Shown piece by piece: positions 25,366-38,307 of a stretch of 64,000 nucleotides of DNA. Position 1 is the stretch's first letter. Every line of letters starts with the position of its first letter. The position numbers and the translations under genes are program-made. The notes under the pieces were generated by a model. That model was not told the origin of the DNA. It was given only the letters and a program-made list of their open reading frames with translations, and did no database searches. This stretch comes from Eledone cirrhosa (Eukaryota), in the NCBI GenBank assembly GCA_964016885.1, contig OZ024740.1, forward strand, positions 294,624,001 to 294,688,000. Reading direction: 5' to 3'.

Positions 25366-26279
25366 ATTATTTCTCTTACTTAACATTAGTTAAAATTTGT
25401 AATTACTTTTGAATTATTAAAGAGAGAGCTAGTAAAGTACACACTAATGTATTTAATTTAGTGAATTTTCTTAGTAAATTATCAAAATCTAAGAATTGGA
25501 TAGGAAGTATTTATTCACTTAATGAGTGTAAAGAAAGAGAAACGAAAGATTTTAGGGAGCTATTCTGGAAAAATCGCCAATCGTTTTAATGTTCATTGAT
25601 AAATAGATCAAGTGTCAATAAGTTAAACTTGAAATTTTAAAATAAACGAAGTAAATAAACAAATAGAATAGTGGAATAAATAGCAAGTACTTTTCAAATG
25701 AAATAGTAATAATTGTTTCTACTTTTGGCACAAGGCCAGGAATTATCCCAGTGTATTACTGGTACTTTATTTTATCGACCCCGTAAGGATGAAAGGCAAA
25801 GTTAACCTCGGCAGGATAATAATCTGATTTTAGTATTTGCTAATTTTCTTTATATCGCTGGATCTCAGTCGTTGTCGACGATGAGTATTCTAGTTATTCG
25901 ATCAAGGTTGACCGAGGGCTAAACAACAGTTGCATTAGGTAAGTATATGATGGTGTATTAAATAACAATGTATACAATAATTAATAACAATATATCAGAA
26001 TCATATTGTGAAAAGTGAAAAAAAAAATTGAACCATTCTAACTAAAAGTTAGGAGGGCCATAGCCTTATAGGGGCTCAGTAAGAAGGTTTCAAAAGAAGG
26101 CCCCGGGTTGAAGATTTCTTTGGGGAGAAGGCGTCAAATGTGTCTATTTTCATGAGAACACTTGCTACGCTACTGCATCCACTATCAACATAGAAAACCT
26201 AACCAAGCAACATCGATGAAGTTTATGTTCAATTTGGAATAAAGATTTCGATAAAAAAAAAAAGAACAGATATACCAAC

Positions 26280-26514
26280 CTTCGTAAAGAGTAGTAGTAT
26301 TCAATATACTGTCGGCAATGTTAGGGATTGAAATGTCTGGCTTTTGATCGACAGACGATTGAATAGTTTCAGTGTTTTCGCGTTGTTGTACTGAATGAAG
26401 GAAGTCTGATATCTCTGAAAATCTTGCGGGGTCTGTAAGTGAATTAAACGACGGTTCTCGTGCACCTAAGCTACAAAAATCCAGATCGTTGTCAGACATT
26501 TCCATTGTGTTCAT
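26280..26514 (-). CDS. CEBPG: C/EBP-gamma-like gene, exon 1 (MNTMEMSDNDLDF...TTTLYE)
   Basis: Open frame from ATG 26514; donor GTTGGT after 26280; phase 1 G+AT gives Asp in frame with exon 2 (193-aa product). The N-terminus is not recognisable by homology. Confidence 0.7.
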
Positions 26515-26957
26515 TGCAAACAAGTTTGAAGAAAATAATATAAAAGAGACAATATTAGCAAGGTACCCTATTAAGCGAGATGAACAGTACCTTATGAATA
26601 ACAAGTGGTGAACAGGCGTTTCTTGCGCATGTAGCACTAAATCTGTATCAATACACGTTGCCTCGTTATTTAGAAATAAAATAAAATAAATATACTTCCT
26701 AATATTTACGTATTATTGTTATTTTGTAAATATAATCAACATTAAAGATTTGTCTTTTTCATCAGAAATAATACATGAATTAAAGAGAGTAAAATTTATA
26801 GAGAACTATTTTTTTAATGCGTATGTATTGCAAATCTCAGGCTTCTAAAAATAGTTACTACGCAATACACAGAACAAAGCTATATATATATAGCACTTTG
26901 TTCCGTGTATGAACATAAATATATGTATATTTATTTATATGTATATATTTATTCTTC

Positions 26958-27200
26958 TTGGCACTCCGTCGGTTTCGACGACGAGTGTTCCAGTTGATAC
27001 GATCAAAGGATCAGCCCCCTCGTGAAATTAACGTGCAAGTGGCCGAGCATTCTAAAGACACGCATACCCATAACGTAGTTCTCGGGGAGATTCAGTGTGA
27101 CACAGGCACAACTCATTGTTACCTGCTGGGTGGACTGGAGCAACGTGAAATAAAGTATCTTGCTCAAGGACACAATACGCTGCCAGGAATTGAACTCGTG
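26958..27200 (-). mobile_element. tRNA-derived SINE (second copy at 27877-28140)
   Basis: Reverse strand has B-box GAGTTCAATTCC and CCTTGAGCAAGAYACTTTATTTCA; two similar copies 0.9 kb apart. Confidence 0.82.
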
Positions 27201-27429
27201 AAATAACTGTTTCTACTTTAGGCACAAGGCCAGCAATTACCCAGTGCATTACTGGTACTTTATTTTATCGACCCCGTAAGGATGAAAGGCAAAGTCAACC
27301 TCGGCGGGATTTGAACTCAGATCGTAAAGGGACGTAACTATGCCAGGAATTGAACTCGTGAAATAACGATTGTGAACCATGTACCAGTACGTTTTCCTAC
27401 TAACGTGTCATAACATGTTCTAACATGAA

Positions 27430-27838
27430 CCCATAAATGCATGTTGCAACGCGGCGACGCTTGTCGGAAATCAGCACCCACTCAAGCAGCATGGCCTCTA
27501 TCAAAACATCAAATTCGGAGAAGCTACATTGGAAGAGCAGCCAGATCAGTGACGGTCCGGGGCAAGTTTATGGAGACAATGCCCCAAAGAAACCAACAAC
27601 CTATAAAGGGATAAGGTATAAGTCGTTTTAGAAGTGGAAGCTGAAGATGTAAAAAAAAAAGCTGCTTTGACATGGTTTAAATCGCATGGCTTTCAGTTTT
27701 ACACAGATGAACTTAAAGGCTGGTATCGATGCTTGCAGAAGTGTATTGACCTTCATGGGGCATATATTGAAAAATAAACATAATTTAAACCGTTTTCCAA
27801 CTATCCCTTTTCCACGAACTTTTCGAAGCACCCACGTA
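27430..27838 (+). mobile_element. Internally deleted mariner relic
   Basis: QVYGDNAPKK...RF.SG resembles the mariner N-terminal HTH; ends in TIR-like CGAACTTTTCGAAGCACCCACG|TA. Confidence 0.6.
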
Positions 27839-28164
27839 TATATATAAATTTGTTTATGTATATATCTCTTCATCTTGGTACTCCGTCGGTTACGACAACG
27901 AGTATTCCAGATGATACGATCAACGGAACAACCTCCTCGTGAAATTAACGTGCAAGTGGCTGAGCATTCCACAGATACGCGTACCCATAACGTAGTTCTC
28001 AGGGAGATTCAGTGTGACACAGGCACAACACATTTTTGCCTGTTGGGTGGACTGGAGCAACTTGAAATAAAGCATCTTGCTCAAGGACACAATGCGCTGC
28101 CAGGAATCGAACTTCTGAACCTACAATTGTGATTGAAAGTCTCGAGCATTCACATGTGTATATA

Positions 28165-28850
28165 TACAGAGTGGGTAACCGACACTGCGCCAAGTTATAT
28201 ATAAATATACAAATTTTTAATATATAGACATGTAAATATGTCAGAAATACGAATTCTCTTGTAAACTGAAAATTTGATGAACACCTTTCATAGCGAAATC
28301 TATGCTACCAGATTTGAACTATTGTTCCTGCAGTTAGTGAAATAAATTATACGACCATGACACTCACCTCTGACCTCATAGATAAGCAATTGCCTTTGTA
28401 GATATCCGGCGTGATTTACTCCCCTTCTTTCGGGGACTCATGTTGCCAAACTGTCTGGAAGAATAGTTTTTTGGGGCCAACTGAAAATTGTCAACTAAAA
28501 CAGGATTCTCATAAATAGTCTGCTCCCTGCTGTCCAGCAGGGAGTCCAGTTCAGTTTGTTCCAACAACCAGAGCAATCTAGTTGCCAACAGATACTCACT
28601 CCAACCCGTTGGGTTAGCCCTTTTGGTCAGCAACGCTATCAGTGATACTCCCATCCGATTACAATAGATGTTAGTTCCATGCATCTTTTCAAACAACTAA
28701 CAGTATTTATGCAAAATCAATCACACAAATATAACACAATTTCACTTTGACTTTGTTGTTTTCCTGTGTTGTCAAAATAACTATCATTCTTGTTGAGTTT
28801 ACAGGAAAATTCGTATTTCTCACATATTTACATATCTAGATATTAAATAT
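28165..28850. mobile_element. TIR DNA-transposon relic (Tc1/mariner-like)
   Basis: ~50-bp imperfect inverted repeats at 28216-28268 and 28796-28848; left end begins TA|CAGAGTG. Confidence 0.6.
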
Positions 28851-29872
28851 GTATATATATTCATATACACATTGTTGCAAGTTGATGATTTTCCCCAATC
28901 ACATTGATATCAAGTGTACAAATGCCCAAGACACCACTAATTTTATATATTTTTATTGAACATGACATGATTTACTTCAAAATCATGTGTAGTAAATAAA
29001 CAATGGAAAGGTTTTTTAATATGGTACCATGTATAATTATGGTGTGTTGGTTGAATTTGTGTGATTGAATGTAGAATCTAAAATCGTGAGATAACTAACC
29101 TTGATTAAATGTTTGTATGCCTGGTCAGTTTGGAAGTGAATGAGAGTCTTTCTGTGGCAGAGTGAAGAGGCTGTCTGAACTAGCTGGGGTTAAGATTTCT
29201 CATGTTTATAATAGCTAGGTCCCCAGGAACATTAAACAGATGGCCTTTCCTTTTTCTGTTTTAATAAAGGCAGTAAATATAAATGGTGACGAAGCGCCTA
29301 AACAAAGGAATTTGTAATTAAGTTAGGCTGACTGAGGTTAAAGGTCAGTGTGTGTTGATATGTCACTATTTGAAAAAATGGAAACGTTCTCATTGTTAGA
29401 TTTTATTACAGTAGGCTGGTGATACAGTAAAAAAACAGCTAGTCCACCCTGAAAGGTGGAAATGCTGGTGCCACAATAAAATGTTCCACAACATGCTGTA
29501 AAGTGATTGGCATTAGGAAAAGCATCCAGCCATAGAAACCAAGCTCAAAATGAAACATGTTCAAGATGTGGACATTTGATTGATCTAGCTTCACCTGTCT
29601 AACATGCAAATATAGATAATAGATATTAAATAGTGATGATGATGTATTGTAACATCATTAGGTGTTTGTAAGGCTGTAGTTTACATATGATTAAGTTTAA
29701 TGTGATATGTTAAAATGTTAATGATTCTTATGTTATTGTGTAGTCCTCTGATCAAGCAATCCTATGGTACAGAGGTAGTCAGTCAAACAAGATCGACAGT
29801 CCAATTTTTATAGTTACAGTATTTCTATGCCTAGTTGAGAACCATACTGCACAATCTGACATGTAGTGGTCA

Positions 29873-29950
29873 ATGATGATGATGGTGATGATGATGATGA
29901 TGATGAGGATGATGGTGGTGGTGATGATGATGATGATGATGGTGAGGATA
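29873..29950. repeat. (GAT/GGT)n microsatellite
   Basis: Trinucleotide run visible directly. Confidence 0.95.
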
Positions 29951-31169
29951 GTATTTCGAGAATGTTGTGGTAATGTTTTCATGTGTAAATGTCTGGATGT
30001 TTGGAGGAGATTGTACCATGTAGTGGCAAGTACAGTGAGGATTGAAAACTTGCTGTGGCAACAAACTGTACATGTTGAGGAGGAGAGAGGGTGGATGGGG
30101 GTGGTGGGCTCATTTTAATTTTTTTTTTTCTTTATTGTGTAGCTGGTCTGTTTACAACCTGTAGTACACTTACTCTAGGAAAAGAAAACTTCAGTATTTT
30201 GGTCATGTCATCAGGGCCCAAAATGTGACTACCCCCATCCTTGAGGGATGAATTCCAGGGAAACGAGCCAGAAAATGACAGAAAAGGAATTACACAGATG
30301 ATATTAAGGAATGGACAGGAAGGAGTTTGGTGAAATATACAGCAATGGCAAGAGAGAGGAAAAGATAGAGAGTGTTGGTCCATAAGTCCATGACCCCCAA
30401 GCCTCAGATATGAGGATGGGATGAGAGCTAGTGACACTTACACCATTTTGTGTAATTTGCAGTTTATTGTGGCAAGATCTAAGATACTGTTTGTATTACC
30501 ATTATTCATATTTCTTTCTGTTGGCCAGATGTGCTTTCTCTAATTATGTTTGTACATTGTTTTGATTTCTTTTCAATGTCTTCTATAAATGATCTGAATA
30601 TTCTGGATCTGTTTTATGTGACTTGTACGTTTTTATCTTGTGTGTCAATTGTCATAGTTGTATTTGAGATTCCCTGGAGTTGTAAGGAAGAAGAGGGATA
30701 GTGGATTTGGTAGGGGCTATTTCAAATTGTGGAGTCAGGTTTCTAGGCGATTTATGTATGGGTGTAGTAGTTAGTTGTGCATCAGTGTTTGGTGAATAGT
30801 GGAAGGATGTGTGATGTCATCTGCATCGAGGTTGTATGTATGTTTTGAGGACTTGTGAAAAGATCGAGTGAGTGGATAGATCCTTGTGGTACTCCACATG
30901 GAAGTACTTCAATGGTGTTGAATATTTTTGTATAAGTGAATAGCAAGGAATGGAGTCAAAACTTTGTTGATAGTATGTAAATGGCCAGATTAAGTCCTTT
31001 TGAGATCCTAACTTTGCTGACGGTGTGTACATGGCCAGATGAGGTCCTAAGCCCCTAAAAGATTATGGTGCCCCCACCCTCACTATATAGTCAGCAGAAT
31101 TTTTTTTTGTGTGTGTGTGGGGGAGGGGGGGGGGACTAACAAATATAATTAGTTTGAATAAAATGGTGC

Positions 31170-31506
31170 AAGCATAGACGAGTTGAGAAAGAAACTGGGT
31201 ATAAGGGAGATAAGTTGTGGTGTGCAGGAGAGAAGGCTGAGATGGTATAGACATGTGATGCGCATGGTGGATGGCAGCAGGGTAAAGAAGTGCCAAGAAA
31301 TCCCAGTAGAAGGAAGACGCAGTAGAGGCAGATCACGAAAAATATGGGCGGAGGTGGTGAGAGCAGATCTCAGATCGCTGAAATTCACCGCGAAGATGAC
31401 GAAGGACCGTGACAAGTGGAGAGATGCTGTGCTGAATAGGACCCATCCAACCCTTGCAAGGAGGGAAAAGCGGACGTAAAATTATGATGATGACGATGAT
31501 GATGAT
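31170..31506 (+). mobile_element. RTE LINE 3' end
   Basis: ERRLRWYRHVMR...GRRSRGRSRKIW...DRDKWR; (GAT)n tail. Confidence 0.88.
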
Positions 31507-32703
31507 TAACTTTTCTAGAACTTTTGGAGTGTGAAAAGGAGGGTGATGGGTTTGTATGATATGACTTCACTGTAGTGTCTATGGTGGTGGTTGTGATGTT
31601 GTATGTTCTGTAGTGTCTATGTTGGTGGTTGTGGTGGTGTTGTATGTACTGTAGTGCCTATGTTGGTGGTTGTGGTGGTGTTGTATGTACTGTAGTGTCT
31701 ACTTTGGTTTTTAAGCTATTACCTATGTTGTGACAATAATTTTAATGAAATTTACAGTCCAAGAGTTTCAACAAATTTTGAAAATAATCAATAATTGGAG
31801 TAATTTAGTTAAATAACTCATTAGTTTATAGCATTTCTATATATTTTAATAAATTTTGAAAATAATCAAGATCTGAGAGGGATTTAGTAACATAACCTAT
31901 ATTTTTCATTATTAAATTGATATTTAGAACATAACAAAAGTATTTTACATGAAATTATGGCAGGTTTTAATTTAAATAATATGGGAGATTTTTGTGTTAT
32001 AAAATGGGTTAGTATGAAAAGAGTTAGACCACTTGATAATGGTGCTACAGCAATATTATCATGCTAAATTCATTTCAAATGATGATGATCTTCAAGTTAA
32101 TTGAGTCGAAGATGTGCTTGCTAAACGCACCCAATTTGTTTTGGGAGGGGGTTTTATAAAAGGTTGCTTTTATGGATTTTCAAGTGAAGTACAGCTTGCA
32201 CACAGTAGTGTTCTCCATGGGCTTCTATTTAGAATATATAATATTATAGTTGTATTTTTGTAGGCATTGGTAATGTTATCGGAAAGAAGTTTGATATGTT
32301 TTTGGTTTCATTTGCAAATCTGTGGTTATAAAGGGAATGCCTGTTTTTGAAAATGTTGCTGTGGTGTCATAATCTTACCTTTTTTTTATCAGAATGATAA
32401 GATCAGATTCAAAGTTTTCAAAGTCCTTATTCTGAGGGAGAAATTTACATGGCCTAAAGCCAAACTTATTGTTTGCTAGTGTATTGGCAGAGTGTATAAA
32501 CAGAGAAAATATAAATATAACACAATCAATAATGTAGTAAAATTTGGTTATTTATTTGATGTTGAGTCTTCACTCTATTGCTGCTATGAATTTTGCCATT
32601 GTAATTACATTTGTCAGGAATGTTTGCAACAAATGAGATGGCAAAAGGAATTTTAGACTAGCAATTCAATGAAGTCTCATCTTCAAATAAATGAATATAT
32701 ATA

Positions 32704-33561
32704 CGAGGGCAATCCCAAAAGTAAGGTCTCCAAAGCGATGGGGACGCAGAGAAACTGTTCGTATGGCTGTTGTGATTGGTGCTTCCTTCACTGGGATGCT
32801 CAATCTTGGCTTGGCAGCTGTTGAGAATGGAGCTCCCGTTGAACGCTACCGCCAAGTGCGAAGTTCGCGCAGTTATTCGGTTTTTGAACGCAAAAGGCGT
32901 TGAACCGATTGAAATTCATCGGCAATTGACTGAAATGTATGGACAGTCGTGCATGGATGTCAAAAACGTTCGCAAGTGGTGTAGAGAGTTTACAGCCGGT
33001 CGTACTGAAATTCACGACGAACAAAAGAGCGGGAGACCGTCAATTTCCGACGAGACAGTCGCAAAGGTTGAGGAAAACATGCGCACACCTTTCGGTTAAA
33101 ATCCTGTGGATGGTGCTTCGGGAAACCTCAGGAACCAAAATGCAGAGAGAATCCATAGTGATCTCCCGATCTTTACGTATGTTTTCCTCAACCTTTGCGA
33201 TTGTCTCGTCGGAAATTGACGGTCTCAAGCTGTAAACTCTTTACACCACTTGTGAACGTTTTTGACATCCATGCATGACTGTCCATACACTTCCGTCAAT
33301 TGGGGATGAATTTCAATCGGTTCAATGCCTTTTGCGTTAAAAAAACGAATAACTGCGCGAACTTCGCACTTAGTGGTAGCGTTCAACGGGAGCTCCATTC
33401 TCAACGGCTGCCAAGCCAAGATTGAGCATCCCAGCGAAGCGCGTGCATGCTTGTTTGGGAGTGAAGGAAGCACCAATCACAACAGTGCTGCCAACAGCCG
33501 TACAAACATTTTCTTTTGTGTCCCCATCGCTTTGGAGACCTTACTTTTAGGATTGCCCTCG
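32704..33561. mobile_element. Foldback mariner derivative made of two inverted left-end fragments
   Basis: TIRs CGAGGGCAATCCYAAAAGTAAGGTCTCC flanked by TA; both arms encode the mariner N-terminal HTH (EVRAVIRF...EIH.QLTE.YGQSCM...KWC...GRPS); no catalytic domain. Confidence 0.9.
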
Positions 33562-33611
33562 TATATACATACACATATATATTCATACACACACACATAT
33601 ATATATATCAT

Positions 33612-35315
33612 TATCACCATTTTACGTCCATTCTTCCATGCTAGCATGGGTTAGACGAGTTGCCCTGTTGTGGGCAATGCTAGGTCAGGTGACCAAGCCT
33701 TGCTTATACAGAACTGATTTTGGCTTGGTTTCTACAGCTGGATGCCCTTCCTAACACTAACCTCATTTACAGTGAGTACACGATCATTTTACAGTGCGGA
33801 CTGGGAGCTTTTTGTCATGACCTCTTTACAGTGTGGGCTGGATGCTTTTTGTTGTGACACTTACAAGACCACTTTACAGTGGGAGAGTGGGGTGGTGCAT
33901 ACTGTATATATGCTTCAGGTTCAGCCTGTATTACTGCATAATGCCAGAGATCACGGTCCTGTGTCATTCGCTTTGAGAGGTGCAATTGGGCAAGGTTAGC
34001 TTTTATCACCTCATCCCAAGTCTTCCAACGACTTTGAGCGTTCTGCACCTTTTTATGCAGCTGTCATTCTTCATATGCATCACATGTCCATACCAACATA
34101 ATCTCCTCTCTTGCACAAATTTGATTCCTCTTATTTTGTTTATGCTTTGCCATTCACGTATATTACTATTACACATCCATCAGAGCATGCAAGCTTTCTT
34201 TCCAACCTACACAAGTCTTCTGCACACAGCGCCCATGTCTCACTACCATGCAACATTGCTGTTCATATGCACGCCTCATGCAGTCTGCCTTTCATTTTGA
34301 GGGAAAAGCTTTTGCAGCTAGCAGTGGTAGTAGCTCCCTGAACTTCTTCCCTTCCATTCTTACTCTGGCTACTGTACTTTCAGAACAACCAAGGTAGCAG
34401 AAGCTGTCTATTGTTTCTACAGATCCCTCCCTGAATTTGGTAGCGCTTGTTTCCTGTGGCTGTTTGATGCTTACTGTCCCGGTGCAACTGCTACATGTAA
34501 AGCCTACATTCTTCTCTAAACTTCCTGAGATCCTACTACATCTCTTGTGTACCTATAGTTTGCATATGGAGTAGAGGAGGATGGAGTTTCTACTTACACC
34601 TTTCCTACATACTGAGCAAGGCTATTTCCCCGAGGGGATCTGGGTTCTGTTTTCTCTTCTACGTTCTAGGACCTTAGTGTTTGTCAAGTTGACTTTAAGA
34701 GCCCTTCTTTCTAGGCCCAGCTTCGATGTTTGGAATTTCTTCTCTAGTTCCACCATAGATTTAGCTATGAGTGTGAGATCATCCGCATACAGAAATTCCC
34801 ATGGGTAGCCATTCTTAAACTCCTCTGTATAGCCTGCAAAACGATAATAAACAGGAAAGGGCTAAGAACAGAGCCCTGGCAGATGCCAACTTGTACACTA
34901 AATTCCTCGCTATAGTCATTGTTAATTCTAACTTTGCTGACTGCTCCTCTATACATGGCTTGTACAGCCTTCAGAAGCCATTCATCTACTTCTTGTTTTC
35001 TAAGAGCCCACCAGATTATGGCCCAAGGCACTCTGTCGAAAGTTTTCTGCAGAGCAACAAAATCCAGGCAGAGTGGCTTGCTTTCATGACTTGGTCCATC
35101 AGTTTTATACCTCTATCTAGTACATCTCCTTTACCCTTGTAACAGTTGACAATGATGTTCCTGCGCGAATCATTTGGTATGATGCTATCTAGTATTACTT
35201 GGTTTACAATATGTGTGGTTATGGTTTGCCCTACCGACCCAGATGATTTCAGCATCTTGGCAACTATTCCTGATGGACCAGTTGCTTTCCCAGCCTTCAT
35301 ATCCTTAATTGCCTT
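33612..35315 (-). mobile_element. Degenerate 5'-truncated RTE LINE (same family as 54656-58290)
   Basis: RT fragments KATGPSGI, QGSVLSP, LYADD-like; 3' UTR and tail; many frameshifts. Confidence 0.9.
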
Positions 35316-35998
35316 GTAAGGTGGTGAGCGTGAGGAAGGTCATCAAGCAATAGAAAACATTGCAAATATAGACCATATGAGCAAGATGAGGTCACTTTAA
35401 CTTATCTGGTCATTTTTCCAATCCATGCCAATGTGGAAAGCAGATGTAAGCTGATGATGATGATAAATACATTATAAGAAACTATTTTATATCAGAGAAC
35501 CAAGAGCAGTTTCAGTTGGGTTGGGGTATCAAGAGTTATAACACTTGTGTTGATATGTGAGAGACACACTGTGTATTAAATCCATACCATGGATTCATGT
35601 ATTCCTTTAAATAAATATCAACCATCCTTACTGGACATGAAGAACAGAATGACATGATGGCTAAATACTTAGCCATTTCATTTAACTCTACTTAAAGTTG
35701 AGAGAGAGGGAGAGAAAGAGAGAATGAATAAAAAGACAAAAAATTGATTAAAAATTTACAATTAAATTATTCTTAAACAAAAAATATAAAAATGTTGTGT
35801 ATCAAGATGTGTGTTTGTATGTGAGAGCATACATGTAATAGTTCTTTATTGGTAGCCAAGTATATAGTAATTTTATTATCTTAGTGGTCATATCACATGC
35901 CATATATAATATGACATGTCATATGATATGACATATTTTAAGTTTATTAGAAACTGTTTTCACTACCTATTTGGTATACAATGTAATTAATTGATAAA

Positions 35999-37231
35999 TT
36001 ACTGTCTATGTTCATTAATAAAATGTGAAGTAAAACTATAAACATCATGATAAATGTCACCACATAAATTGCACTGCCAAGGGTTTTCAGGGTCATGAAG
36101 TCCCATATGCATCACATAAAGTGCATTGTCAAAATAAAGAATATTACAATGTGGGCAAGTAAAACTTCGACTGTTGCCAATACATTTGTCTGTAACGTTT
36201 GAACTAGAAACTGTTGCTGCTGAAGAATGAGAGCTTGTTTCTGCAATAGTACTTGTTACTCCAATATCTTTGATAAAAGGTGGAGTTCTTGGAGTTGGTG
36301 ACTGACCACTTTCAAGGGATTGTGGAGGTGTTTGACGAATAGGGAGATGATCTTTAGAAAGCAAAACAGATGGTTGCAAAGAAAAATATGTATAAGAAGA
36401 TTTGGCGAGCCCTGTAACTGAGATGTGCTCTGGAACTGTACTACTCTGTGGAGCAGCAGATACAAGGGACCTATTTGCTTGCTCCTGAAAATCAGAAACA
36501 GACTGTTTATTTAATGTTACATTAGAAAGATTTAACATGCTTGTGTTATGAAAAGAATCCTGAACTGATAAACTTTCATCAATAATATAGCAATCATCTT
36601 CATTGGTCTCAGATTCCATTTTTACAGAAGGAACATTTTTAGAATATTGGACAGCTTCATTAGAATAATTTGTATTTGTGGCAGTCAATCGAGTGTCGGG
36701 TTCATTAACTCCATATTGATTAGTTGCAAATCGTAAAGAGGAATTATCAGCTGATGGTTGGTTAGGGAGTGGTATGAATCCAGACTGGAAAACTTTATGC
36801 TTAAAATGCATATGCTTTTTTAGGTCATATTTTCTTTTTGCGGCATACTCACAAAGATCACAGATGAAAGGACGGACATCGGAATGAACTACGCAATGAC
36901 TTACAATTTTGCTACGGAATGGAGAAGAAAAAGAACAGCTCTCACAGTGAAACAACCTACGTTTGTCATCGTCCAATCCACTTCCCTGAGTACTGTTGTT
37001 TCCTTTATCAATAGTTGTGTCGTCACTTATATCTGATACATTTCCAAGAAATGTTTGTGGTTCATTATGTACTTGATTGTGATGTATCAAATCTGAGTGA
37101 AACTCAGTAGTGAATGAACACTGATCACATTGGAAATGTTTCTCAACATGTGAGTTTTCCATAGAACTAGCAGAATCGTTCATGATGATAGAATCAACAT
37201 ATGAGATGGATATCAAACCTGCTCCAACAAC
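35999..37231 (-). CDS. Ikaros/Hunchback/Pegasus-like C2H2 zinc-finger protein, terminal coding exon (probable start ATG 37183, 394 aa)
   Basis: Three N-terminal C2H2 fingers and a C-terminal pair FTCPHCNILYFDNALYVMHMGLH-DPENPWQCNLCG...FTSHFINEH, typical of the Ikaros/Hunchback dimerisation fingers; acceptor TTTATTTCCACAG ending at 37232. Confidence 0.9.
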   Translation of the reverse strand, partial: VVGAGLISISYVDSIIMNDSASSMENSHVEKHFQCDQCSFTTEFHSDLIHHNQVHNEPQTFLGNVSDISDDTTIDKGNNSTQGSGLDDDKRRLFHCESCSFSSPFRSKIVSHCVVHSDVRPFICDLCEYAAKRKYDLKKHMHFKHKVFQSGFIPLPNQPSADNSSLRFATNQYGVNEPDTRLTATNTNYSNEAVQYSKNVPSVKMESETNEDDCYIIDESLSVQDSFHNTSMLNLSNVTLNKQSVSDFQEQANRSLVSAAPQSSTVPEHISVTGLAKSSYTYFSLQPSVLLSKDHLPIRQTPPQSLESGQSPTPRTPPFIKDIGVTSTIAETSSHSSAATVSSSNVTDKCIGNSRSFTCPHCNILYFDNALYVMHMGLHDPENPWQCNLCGDIYHDVYSFTSHFINEHRQ

Positions 37232-38141
37232 CTGTGGAAATAAAATAGCATAAAAATAAATAAAATACCATTTAAAATGGTTTTACATATTTTAATCATT
37301 TAATATAGTAGAAATATGATAATGAAAGAGCTAAACTGTTGTGAAACCTAACTCTTGACTACCTTTAGTGGAATTTAGCTGTTGCAAGCATATGGGCCAG
37401 GTCCCTGGTCTGAGGATATGCTTCTTCTTCCTTCCACCAGTCCTGGAGACCCTAAACAAGAATCACAAGCACTTCCCTTCCTCCTTTCATTAAATTTTGG
37501 TTAGAACAGATTTTTTGATGTCTCTCTTCCATTGATTGATTGATTCAAACAAGTCATCAGAATAGTTGACAGTATGGAACATTAACCCAGAAAGCGATAC
37601 AAGTTAAATGGCAATAACTAACAAGAATACATTGGGAACATTAAAGTTGATTAAATCAATGTTAGTACTAGACTGGTACTTTATTTTATCAACCCAGGAA
37701 GGATGAAAAGCAAAGTTGACCATGGCGGGATTAGAACACAGAATATAAAGAGCTAGAACAAATATCTTAATGGCATTTTATCCGACGCTCTACCAATTCT
37801 ACCAATAACACTAATTAAAACCATAACAACAATATTTCAGATTTGAAAAAGAAGTTATAATTAGTATATGACAGAGAAGCAATAAATACTTCACAATTGA
37901 TTAGTGTTTTTTGTTTTGTTTTTAGGGTGTTATTGTTTCTTATTCAGTTGAGAGTAGGCAACTTGGGTCTGCCTCACATGTCCTTCATTGATTTTACCTA
38001 GCAAGATAATAAAGTCACTGTCAATTGTTAAGGTCAGCTACATGAGGTCCTCAGATATAGTTAGCTCTTTGTTGTGCATAAGTGGAGATAACTGTTTCCG
38101 TTCTATTGCCTATCTCTATTCTGTCACTCAACTACCTCTAT

Positions 38142-38307
38142 TACTCTTGAGTCCCAAATAATAGGGAGGGGTGTTGGGTTGGAAAATCGTTAAAATGTTG
38201 CTGGAGATAGATTAGCAAAATTTAATAAGTGGGAGAGTTGGAATAAAAGTAGAAGATCTGAAAAATTAATAAGCTGGATGGGGGCGATTATTCAAGACCT
38301 GAGAGTA
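38142..38307. mobile_element. Small degenerate MITE
   Basis: Imperfect TIRs TACTCTTGAGTCCCAAATAAT / ATTATTCAAGACCTGAGAGTA. Confidence 0.5.

Noticed and set aside
26515-26637. N-terminal extension of CEBPG exon 1 shown in the ORF track
   Set aside because: Starts at a non-ATG codon; the first in-frame ATG is 26514, so this is probably 5' UTR or promoter.
28376-28696. 106-aa ORF as a host gene
   Set aside because: It lies between inverted repeats of a transposon relic, has a non-ATG start and shows no recognisable domain.
29779-30118. Poly-His / poly-Met / poly-Ile ORFs
   Set aside because: Translations of a (GAT/GGT)n microsatellite.
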